From: a virus
Lineage: Duplodnaviria; Caudoviricetes
DNA length: 39,452 nt
IMG/VR virus record: IMGVR_UViG_3300025848_000079
Coordinates: 1 to 39,452 of that record
Strand: one strand, 5' to 3'
Within the stretch, counting starts at the first letter, position 1. The number at the start of each line of letters is the position of its first letter. The notes under the pieces are model-generated. The model saw only the letters and a program-made list of their open reading frames with translations. It was not told where the DNA came from and ran no database searches. This document shows positions 32,423 to 39,452 of this stretch, one piece after another. A program made the translations under genes and the position numbers.

Positions 32423-33589
32423 TTATCGCTCTTTGCTAGGGTAGACGGTTTCGAGGATTTCGTCCCACGTTTCTATGATGTTTGAGTCCTTGTACTGCCA
32501 GGCTCTCTTGACATATTCCTTTGCCTGTTGTCCTATTTTTACCCGTAATTCCTTGTCTAAAATGAGCCTCTCGAGCTTCTGTTCCCACTCATTCGGGCGA
32601 CAGAGGAAGCCCGTTTCACCGTCTACAATGGTATCCCTACCCGCCAGTTCCATAAAGTAGGGGTAGACCCGTGACGCCACCGTTGGAATTTCATACATGG
32701 AATACTCCATCCACTTGATGTGGGATTTTGCTCTCGTAAACGCGGTGTCTACGAGCGGGGCGATACCGATGTCCCACGCCTGTGACGCGAGCCACTCGGG
32801 ATACTCCTGAAAGGTTTCGGTTGCTCCGAGTAGGTCGACCCGATTACGAAGTTCCTGGGGCCAGTCTCCGAAGAAGTGGGGAACCTTTCCTTTTTGAACG
32901 AGCCCAAGGAGTTGGAGGTGTACGTGGGGGTACTTCTCCATGAGTTTCCTGAGTGTCGGGAGAACCATCGTCAGGTCGTCGTTGTGTGTTATTGAACCCG
33001 TGTACCCAATAACCACCTTATTCGGGTCCCTCTCTGCCGGTGTGAAGTTCCAGTCGTTTACATCATTGAAGTTCGGAACGACGAAGATGGGCTTGTCTAT
33101 CGCGTACACGTCTTTGAGGTATTTGGAGTAGGCTTCTTTGAGGGGTTCAGTTGATACCGTCATCGCGTCTGCGAGGGAGAACATCGCCGAGACCACGGCT
33201 CTCTTTGACTTCCCCGGCGCGTAGGCCTGGTACTCTGGGTTTGATTCGTCAACCCCGAGGTGCCAGTCGTCGATGTCCACCACAACCTTTCTGGTCTTTC
33301 CGAGGTCGTTGGTGAAGTGGTCCCTCATACCCATAAGATATGAAATCGCACCGCCCTTATCAAAATAGCGTGTCCAGAGGACGTGGTACTCATTGAACAC
33401 CTTCGTCCAAAGTTCTATGGGGTTAGCGGAAGTATCTATCATCCTTCTTCCCCAAACGGTTACGTCATACTTCTCCTTGAGTTTCTCGCATGGTTTGACT
33501 GTTCGGTAGTACCCAAGTCCTCCATACGCATCGGTTTTCTTGCGAGTCTCGTTGACCGCAAAGTCGTTCCTATATCCCAAAATTTTCAT
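32423..33589 (-). CDS. GT-B glycosyltransferase (GT4-like)
   Basis: GGLGYYRT, VVDIDD, ADAMTVST, IGYTGSITH, DIGIAPL..FTRAKSHIKWMEYS..PTVAS, DGETGFL; ATGA-coupled start 33589. Confidence 0.9.
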   Translation of the reverse strand: MKILGYRNDFAVNETRKKTDAYGGLGYYRTVKPCEKLKEKYDVTVWGRRMIDTSANPIELWTKVFNEYHVLWTRYFDKGGAISYLMGMRDHFTNDLGKTRKVVVDIDDWHLGVDESNPEYQAYAPGKSKRAVVSAMFSLADAMTVSTEPLKEAYSKYLKDVYAIDKPIFVVPNFNDVNDWNFTPAERDPNKVVIGYTGSITHNDDLTMVLPTLRKLMEKYPHVHLQLLGLVQKGKVPHFFGDWPQELRNRVDLLGATETFQEYPEWLASQAWDIGIAPLVDTAFTRAKSHIKWMEYSMYEIPTVASRVYPYFMELAGRDTIVDGETGFLCRPNEWEQKLERLILDKELRVKIGQQAKEYVKRAWQYKDSNIIETWDEILETVYPSKER

Positions 33590-34248
33590 ACTCTTGGTTT
33601 GAGGTGGTTGGCGTACTCTATCCCTCCACGGCGGAAGGTTCCGTTGTACGGGGCCCACGTCTCGTTGATAATGTTTACCCGCGTACCCGCGCGGTCGACC
33701 GCGGGGATGAACGAGGTCTGGTCCCTCTTTGAGAACCGACAGTACTCCGACCACCAGGCGTTGTTCAATTCCTCAACCTTGGGGGTGTGTCTGCGAATGA
33801 TGACGTTGTTTTCAGTGAGCCCCCGGTGTTCGGGGAATCCCTGTTTGGAGTACTCGGTGGCCTGTTCTTGGAGGATGTCTCCGTTTTCAAACCCAAGCGT
33901 GAGGACCGCGTCCATCTCGTCGTACACACAGTCTCTCGTCGGGTGGCGGAAGAGTGCGATGTCGTGATTCCTCAGGTGCTTCTCGACGAGCTCTTCCGGG
34001 GGGACGAGGAGTCTGAGGTTGCCGTCAATCCATATGGAGTATTCCGTGTCTATGTATTGGTGGGTAAGAATCTTGTGAATCCGTGAGTTCCTTCGTGGGT
34101 CTTTGAACAGGTCGCACGCCTTTCGTATCTCCCACGTGTCTGACCACTGGGGTTCGTCGGTGAAGGCCACGAACTTCGCACGACCGCGGTTCTGGTCTTC
34201 GATGAGCCCGTCGTATGCGCCGGTGATTGAAGTTACTACCGTTATCAT
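33586..34248 (-). CDS. DUF616 (TOD1/MUCI70-like) glycosyltransferase
   Basis: TSITGAYD, AFTD, SIWIDGN, FRHPTRDCVYDE, WWSE...RDQTSF. Confidence 0.85.
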   Translation of the reverse strand: MITVVTSITGAYDGLIEDQNRGRAKFVAFTDEPQWSDTWEIRKACDLFKDPRRNSRIHKILTHQYIDTEYSIWIDGNLRLLVPPEELVEKHLRNHDIALFRHPTRDCVYDEMDAVLTLGFENGDILQEQATEYSKQGFPEHRGLTENNVIIRRHTPKVEELNNAWWSEYCRFSKRDQTSFIPAVDRAGTRVNIINETWAPYNGTFRRGGIEYANHLKPRV

Positions 34249-35039
34249 ATAATTCCGTGGTGTTGGAGGGTGGCGATTCCACGCTCCTCTTGTTCGGTGT
34301 TTATCCCGTGTGTGTTGGAGATGAAGCCCCGCTCACCCTCGATGCAGAACATCGACACGCGGTAGCAGGGAGACATGGCTCCGACCTTCTCTCGGAGATT
34401 TTCCTTGTCTATAAAGTCCATTAGGGGCGTGACGGTGTTGTTCCAGTCGGTGAGTTGCGCGAGGTCTCCGTTTGTGGACGTCACCCCCTCGCGGGTGAGT
34501 TTCACGAGAGACATGTCAAACTTCCCTCCGATACGGTCGAGCATCTCTCTTTTGAAGAACTCGAACGAACCGCGGAGCATACCCGGAGGCATACCGGTGG
34601 AGTTTGAGAGAATGAGCCAGCTATCATACTCGTCCCCCTTCACCACGTTATGAATGAGTTGGTAGTTGAGGATGAGGTTGTCGTCGTGCGTGAAGAGGAT
34701 GATGTCGTATTCTTTGTAGTCGTGCTTCTCAAGCCACTGGTTTGCGTTGCCCCAGTCTCCGATGGTGTTTGGTTCGAGGGAGAAGTTCCAGCCAAGTTTC
34801 TGTATCTCTTCCACGGTCGCAACTTTTTTGTAGAACCGCCGGTCAAGAATCGCCCTGACGTCACGACGTTTTTTTATGGTCGATAGAAACTGTTTGACCT
34901 CGGGCTCCGCGTGTTCTGGAAGTCTATGGGCCACCACAAACAAGTCCATCGTCCAGTCTGGGGGAACGAACTGCTTCGCCATCGTCTTGTAAAAATGGAG
35001 CGGGAAGTGCCAGCCCGACGCTACAACAGCTATTTTCAT
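34245..35039 (-). CDS. GT-A-like glycosyltransferase
   Basis: IAVVASGWH, YDIILFTHDDNLI, LRGSFEFF; embedded in the glycan cluster. Confidence 0.6.
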   Translation of the reverse strand: MKIAVVASGWHFPLHFYKTMAKQFVPPDWTMDLFVVAHRLPEHAEPEVKQFLSTIKKRRDVRAILDRRFYKKVATVEEIQKLGWNFSLEPNTIGDWGNANQWLEKHDYKEYDIILFTHDDNLILNYQLIHNVVKGDEYDSWLILSNSTGMPPGMLRGSFEFFKREMLDRIGGKFDMSLVKLTREGVTSTNGDLAQLTDWNNTVTPLMDFIDKENLREKVGAMSPCYRVSMFCIEGERGFISNTHGINTEQEERGIATLQHHGII

Positions 35040-35614
35040 TTTTTATATATTAGGGTTATGCTGGGGTACGAGTGTATCTCTGAGATTGAGAGGTCCTTGG
35101 CGGGCTTCATATTTTTGTCTCCTCGTGGTGTGTCGAAGGCAGACATGTTTACCTGTACCATAAGGTCTGCAATCATGTTTGTTGTGAGGGTGTCTATATC
35201 TTTGAAGTCTCTATAAAACGACGTGTGGAGGTCTTCTATAACATATATACCACCCCCGTTTAGAAGTGGAAACAAAATATCAAACGACGTTTGTTGTTGT
35301 TTCATGGTGTGCCCACCGTCGTCAATAATTATATCGAATCCGGTTAGTGTCTTTAGTAGGTCGGTATCTGCTTGGTCTCCCTGTATTGTGGTGATTCTTG
35401 GGCCAAAAACTCCCGGTATGTATGAGCAGACGTCTAGCCCGACAACTTCTGAGTTGGGGAAATAGTCTCTCCACATTTGTAATGAGCCACCCCCCTGTAC
35501 ACCGATTTCGAGTATACGAATCTTCCTTTCTCGTATTTGAGAGAAGTGATTTTCATACACGTTGTAATAGGATTCTATCTTCCTTGCGCCGTTTTTTACA
35601 TCTTCGAGCCTCAT
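35036..35614 (-). CDS. Class I SAM methyltransferase (MycE-like sugar O-methyltransferase)
   Basis: ILEIGVQGGGSLQMWRDYFP, GDQAD, DIIIDDGGH, GGIYVIEDL. Confidence 0.88.
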   Translation of the reverse strand: MRLEDVKNGARKIESYYNVYENHFSQIRERKIRILEIGVQGGGSLQMWRDYFPNSEVVGLDVCSYIPGVFGPRITTIQGDQADTDLLKTLTGFDIIIDDGGHTMKQQQTSFDILFPLLNGGGIYVIEDLHTSFYRDFKDIDTLTTNMIADLMVQVNMSAFDTPRGDKNMKPAKDLSISEIHSYPSITLIYKK

Positions 35615-36144
35615 ATAAGCATTGAAATGGACGGGAATCTGTCGTCCAAAATAAGATACTGGGCCGAACCGACAATCGGCCGTTTGCTAAATTTCCTCAT
35701 CCACCCTATCTCGTCTCGTTCTTTTGACCCACCCTCGAACATAATCACGCGGTCAGGTCTGTTTATCTGCTTGAGCGACTCGATTGTGTCCCCCGTGTTT
35801 GAGACGTCAATGTGCGCCATGTCGAAGTCGGTGGGGTTCTTGAGCCAGTCTGAGAGGTCTCCGTCTACAAGGTCAACGTACCCATCGAGTCCGAGCACTC
35901 TGAGGTTTTCTCTGGTCTTCTCGAGGTCGCCGTGTTTGAACTCGTATCGGTCCCACAGGTCGTACGAGGTGAGCTTTCCGAACCCATTGTCTCGGAGACC
36001 CTGGGCAATACACGCGGCGGAGTAACCATGGTACGTTCCAAACTCAACCACCGCCTTAGGTTTATGCTGAACAACCATGTCGTAGAGGGTCTTTCCGAGA
36101 GCGTGTTTCCTGTATGAACTTTGGATGTGGGGGTTTACAAACAT
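35611..36144 (-). CDS. Class I SAM methyltransferase (Methyltransf_24-like)
   Basis: KPKAVVEFGTYHGYSA, LTSYDLW, FDMAHIDV; real start probably ATG 36144. Confidence 0.85.
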   Translation of the reverse strand: MFVNPHIQSSYRKHALGKTLYDMVVQHKPKAVVEFGTYHGYSAACIAQGLRDNGFGKLTSYDLWDRYEFKHGDLEKTRENLRVLGLDGYVDLVDGDLSDWLKNPTDFDMAHIDVSNTGDTIESLKQINRPDRVIMFEGGSKERDEIGWMRKFSKRPIVGSAQYLILDDRFPSISMLI

Positions 36145-37157
36145 GCGGTCTCCGCAATTATCTGTGCATCCCGAGTGCTTACGTCGTGATGAATGGGGAG
36201 GTGGAGGTAGTGTTTCTCCACCGCATCCATAACGGGGAGCCTCTTCCGCCCACCAAACACTGTGTACCTGTCGTTTCTGAAGTGGTGTTGGCCTGAGGCG
36301 TACCCGAGTTTGGCGAGGTTTTTCTTCACCTGCTCCGGCTTGGCGAACAGTCCGCTCACCATCCAAAGCCCACCAGTGAACCCATGTTTACGGTATATTG
36401 ACAAGAGCATTTTTCTGTGTTCTATTATCTTGTCGATTACCCTAAGGTTTCCGAGAGCAATAGCGGCGGACACGTCGTTCATGTGGTACTTGTACCCCGC
36501 TTCTTTGAGGTCGGTGTCACCTTTCTTTTGCTTTTCTTCTCGGTCGTACCCAAACCACCGAAGCCGACGGGCGCGGTCGTAGTCTTTTCGTTTTTTGCAT
36601 ATAAGGACCCCCCCGTCACCAGACGTGAGGGTCTTGATGGCCTGGAGTGAAACACAAGTGAAGTCTCCTTTCCCCCAGTAATCTGAGCCGACAGCCTGAG
36701 CCGCATCCTCAATGAGAGTGATGGATTTAGCCTTGCAAAGTCTAAGCAACTCGCTAAGTCCCCGATTGTTTCCGCCGAAATGGACAAATACGATTGCTTT
36801 GGTGTTTTTCGTGATTTTCTTTTTGACATCATCTATGTTTACGTTTAGGTCGCGGTCTATGTCTGCCCAAACTATATTTGCGCCGAGACGCAGAAGTGGA
36901 AGGTTGGTGGCGGTGCACGTGAACACAGGGGTGATAACCTCGTCACCTGGTTGTATATCAGCCAGTTCGTACGCGAGTTCCAGAGCAGAGGTGCCCGAGT
37001 TGAGGGCAACCACGTTCTTGTGTCCAAACTTTCGCCCGAACTCATGTTCGAATTTCTTTACCCGCGGTCCCTCGGCAAGCTGTCCTGAGCGGAGAGTCTT
37101 GAGAACCTCCCACACAGCCCACCACGACACAAACGGTTTGAATAGTTTTACAGCCAT
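36135..37157 (-). CDS. DegT/DnrJ/EryC1/StrS PLP-dependent sugar aminotransferase
   Basis: NSGTSALELA, GDEVITPVFT, IEDAAQA, SLQAIKTLTSGDGG (PLP lysine), GYKYHMND, LHLPIH. Confidence 0.95.
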   Translation of the reverse strand: MAVKLFKPFVSWWAVWEVLKTLRSGQLAEGPRVKKFEHEFGRKFGHKNVVALNSGTSALELAYELADIQPGDEVITPVFTCTATNLPLLRLGANIVWADIDRDLNVNIDDVKKKITKNTKAIVFVHFGGNNRGLSELLRLCKAKSITLIEDAAQAVGSDYWGKGDFTCVSLQAIKTLTSGDGGVLICKKRKDYDRARRLRWFGYDREEKQKKGDTDLKEAGYKYHMNDVSAAIALGNLRVIDKIIEHRKMLLSIYRKHGFTGGLWMVSGLFAKPEQVKKNLAKLGYASGQHHFRNDRYTVFGGRKRLPVMDAVEKHYLHLPIHHDVSTRDAQIIAETACL

Positions 37158-38158
37158 AGCGGGTGTTCGATTGTCCAGGTAATGTACCGACGGAGTGACT
37201 CTCTGAACTCAACCGGCGGTTTCCATCCGAGTGAGCGGAGCTTTGACCCGTCGAGTGCGTACCTGCGGTCATGTCCGGGGCGGGTCGAGTGGAAGTCAAC
37301 GAGGATGTACTTGAGCGTCTTCCCCATAATCTCTGCGATGATTTTTGCAACCGTGAGGTTGTCGAGCTCGATGTCTCCCACCACGTTGTACCGGTCGGGT
37401 ACCAGGTGGTCTTCGTCAAACTTCGTTACCTTCCCACGCTTGAGGAGGAAGAGGAGCGCATCCGCGTGGTTGCGGGCGTGTAGGTAGTACCGTGAGCCTA
37501 TCTGTCCCTCCTTTCCGTGGACGGGGATGGTTTCCCCTTTCGCCACAAGCCGGATGGTTTTGGCGATGTACTTCTCGGCGTCCTGCATTTCACCGAAGTT
37601 GTTCATGGTGTTGGTAATGACGAGCGGGACACCGTACGTTCTCCAGTACGAGATGGCGATGGCTTCCTGACAGGCTTTTGATGCTGAGTAGGGATTTGAG
37701 GGTAGGATGGATGCCCACTCTCGGTGGTTCACACCGGTCGGGGCGACACCGTACACTTCGTCGGTTGAAATCTGGAGGAAGACTTCTGGGTTGGTCTCTC
37801 GGGCAAACTCAAGCATCGTGAGCACTGAGTTGACGTTGTTCTGTACAAACGGAACCGGGTCGTCAATCGAGCGCTCCACGTGGCTCTGGGCGGCGATGTT
37901 TACAATGTAATCAAACTTTCCCAACTTCTTCTTGGTGGTCTCGGTAAACGGAGACTCGAGGTCATGGGTGATAATCTCTACGCGCTTCTTCCACTCTGGG
38001 TTCGATGCGAGCACCTCTTCTACTCGTTCAGGGGTACCCTTATGCTTCCACGAAGCAACGCCAACAATGTCCCAGTCTGTGTTTTCGAGGACGTGCTGAA
38101 GGAAGTGGCTTCCGATGAAACCCGCCACCCCCGTAATCAAGATTCTTTTATTTGTCAT
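37148..38158 (-). CDS. rmlB: dTDP-glucose 4,6-dehydratase-like (extended SDR)
   Basis: ITGVAGFIG, AAQSHVERSI, ISTDEVYG, PYSASK (YxxxK), RPGHDRRYALD. Confidence 0.93.
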   Translation of the reverse strand: MTNKRILITGVAGFIGSHFLQHVLENTDWDIVGVASWKHKGTPERVEEVLASNPEWKKRVEIITHDLESPFTETTKKKLGKFDYIVNIAAQSHVERSIDDPVPFVQNNVNSVLTMLEFARETNPEVFLQISTDEVYGVAPTGVNHREWASILPSNPYSASKACQEAIAISYWRTYGVPLVITNTMNNFGEMQDAEKYIAKTIRLVAKGETIPVHGKEGQIGSRYYLHARNHADALLFLLKRGKVTKFDEDHLVPDRYNVVGDIELDNLTVAKIIAEIMGKTLKYILVDFHSTRPGHDRRYALDGSKLRSLGWKPPVEFRESLRRYITWTIEHPLWL

Positions 38159-38435
38159 AGAATAGTTCTCTTCCTTCGTCGGTCTCTAATAATGTGAGTA
38201 CGTGGTGTACTCTCTGCATAACGTCTGCCTTTGAGTTGTGTGGTGCTGAGTGTCCGGTTGGAAAGGTGTATCGGTAGTTTTCGTCTCTCATCTCCTTGAT
38301 GTCGTCTGACGGGACGGGACAGATATCAATTCCGTCCAGTTTTACGTTTGAGAGCCCGGGACGATTTGGGTTTGGAATGACTGAGATTCTTTCGTCGAGC
38401 GCCCGAAGCTCCGCCTCTAGTTCGCTTGCGGTCAT
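38148..38435 (-). CDS. Hypothetical protein
   Basis: 95 aa ORF overlapping the dehydratase start. Confidence 0.7.
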   Translation of the reverse strand: MTASELEAELRALDERISVIPNPNRPGLSNVKLDGIDICPVPSDDIKEMRDENYRYTFPTGHSAPHNSKADVMQRVHHVLTLLETDEGRELFYDK

Positions 38436-38607
38436 ATTTTTTTATACGTACAAATAAAATACGGTGTGGATTTGTAATGTACTCCACGCCGTCTGCTGAT
38501 AAGATATGGAACCAATTCCCCTGCTCAATGCGAACGACCGCGTCTATGACGCGCATTGAACCATTATCGAAGAATATCTCTTGTTTATGAGGAGGCTTCA
38601 GGAACAT
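38326..38607 (-). CDS. Hypothetical protein
   Basis: 93 aa; N-terminal half looks beta-rich, basic tail overlaps the next gene. Confidence 0.55.
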   Translation of the reverse strand: MFLKPPHKQEIFFDNGSMRVIDAVVRIEQGNWFHILSADGVEYITNPHRILFVRIKKYDRKRTRGGASGARRKNLSHSKPKSSRALKRKTGRN

Positions 38608-38812
38608 CTTTTTTTACCACTTCTAGTGTTTCAAATATGTTGAAGAAAAGAAGAAGTACTGATGATGCGATGTCCTGGGTCTTTCGGGAGGGCATGGTTA
38701 CTTTGAGTCCGTACGGCTTGCCGTCGACGGTCATTGAGTACCCGATTTCATTTTTGTGGACGAGGAGGTCTATTTCCTGTTCCTTGAACTTGAATTGTGA
38801 AATTTTGTTCAT
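38585..38812 (-). CDS. Hypothetical protein downstream of the capsid gene
   Basis: 75 aa ORF, in frame with MCP. Confidence 0.65.
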   Translation of the reverse strand: MNKISQFKFKEQEIDLLVHKNEIGYSMTVDGKPYGLKVTMPSRKTQDIASSVLLLFFNIFETLEVVKKDVPEASS

Positions 38813-38871
38813 TGATTGCTCTCTCTGTATTGAGGCGGCTTTCAGAGAGTCGGCCGCCCCAAAACAATCAA
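38812..38871 (-). promoter_or_regulatory. Predicted H-type pseudoknot/structured leader between the MCP stop and the next ATG
   Basis: S1 UUGGGGCGGC/GCCGCCUCAA; loop CUCUCUG pairs with downstream CAGAGAG; outer UUGAUUG/CAAUCAA. Confidence 0.55.
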
Positions 38872-38884
38872 TTAGTTGATTATA

Positions 38885-39451
38885 CTATGCGGCGTTCTTG
38901 CCGTCAGTTGCTCCTGTCTTGAGCTCGATAAGCCAGTTTGCGTTGAGCGTCTTGACTGCGAACGGCTGTTTCCAGCCAACCGTCGAGAACATGTCCAACG
39001 GGTTGTCGGTCGAGGTCGCGCCAGGGGTCTTCACATAGATGCGAGGTCCTGTGGTTGAACCAAGATTGATAACCGCGTACGCGTGTGCGCCAAAGAAGAA
39101 GTTCGAGTAGATGTTTGCAATGTTGGTTGCGTCTGTTGAGAAGCCCGCTGACAAGCTGTAAAGCTGGTCGTTGGTCTCAACGAACTCTACGCCGTGAAGC
39201 TTTCCAACCACGCCACGTTCGATTGCATCGGCTGTGGTGTAGCGGTGAGCGTCAAGCCATTCTGAGTTGCCCATGAGGTCCATGGCCGTGTCCGGTCCGA
39301 TAATCGCTCGGAACATGCCACCCGAGAACGGGTATGCCTTGTTCTTTTTGAGCGTGCGGACTGCTCGGCGAACTTCCAAGCCCGTGAGGGTGTCCGTGGT
39401 GTGGATGTTCGTGAGTGAGGTCGCGGTTGAAACCGTGAGCTCTGTTGCGCC
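38885..39451 (-). CDS. Major capsid protein, N4-gp56-like (C-terminal part; starts beyond the right edge)
   Basis: GVVGKLHGVEFVETN, FFGAHAY, IYVKTPG..DNPLDMFSTVGWK, LNANWLIELKTGA; frame open to the window end. Confidence 0.9.
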   Translation of the reverse strand, partial: GATELTVSTATSLTNIHTTDTLTGLEVRRAVRTLKKNKAYPFSGGMFRAIIGPDTAMDLMGNSEWLDAHRYTTADAIERGVVGKLHGVEFVETNDQLYSLSAGFSTDATNIANIYSNFFFGAHAYAVINLGSTTGPRIYVKTPGATSTDNPLDMFSTVGWKQPFAVKTLNANWLIELKTGATDGKNAA

Positions 39452-39452
39452 G

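Noticed and set aside
20090-38158. Glycosyltransferases as DNA hypermodification or host serotype-conversion enzymes
   Set aside because: No hydroxymethylase, TET/JBP or thymidylate-synthase-like gene and no GtrA/B-type membrane components; the genes lie within the virion operon. Disfavoured, not excluded.
1-39452. Alternative genetic code (stop-codon reassignment)
   Set aside because: Long conserved genes are intact in code 11, and TAG, TGA and TAA all terminate genes at natural boundaries (many ATGA overlaps)

Overview
The window is most of a tailed dsDNA phage genome with podovirus-like architecture, cut inside the terminase large subunit gene (left edge) and inside an N4-gp56-like major capsid gene (right edge). 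If the genome is circularly permuted, the missing piece is probably TerL C-terminus, portal, scaffold and MCP N-terminus. Nearly all genes are on the minus strand, apart from a short plus-strand 'early' block (about 1.9-4.3 kb). A Patescibacteria/CPR host is my inference from protein style and promoter/translation signals. The most striking content is about 11.3 kb (roughly 29% of the window) of glycan-building genes inside the virion morphogenesis region: 9 putative glycosyltransferases, 4 SAM methyltransferases, an RmlB-like dehydratase and a DegT aminotransferase. Two of the transferases carry eukaryotic polypeptide GalNAc-transferase (GT27)-like motifs (DxH; WG..E..W..GG..H.FR), and they lie near two structural genes with very long Ser/Pro mucin-like tracts. 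Together these suggest a phage-encoded mucin-type virion O-glycosylation system. Other observations: about 10 genes with a leaderless-type extended -10 promoter, a NinG gene lacking a canonical start, several strand-specific structured RNAs (including a pseudoknot after the capsid stop codon), hairpin plus boxA-like modules, a run of Zn-finger microproteins and apparent GATC avoidance. All calls come from reading motifs by eye; no database searches were run.
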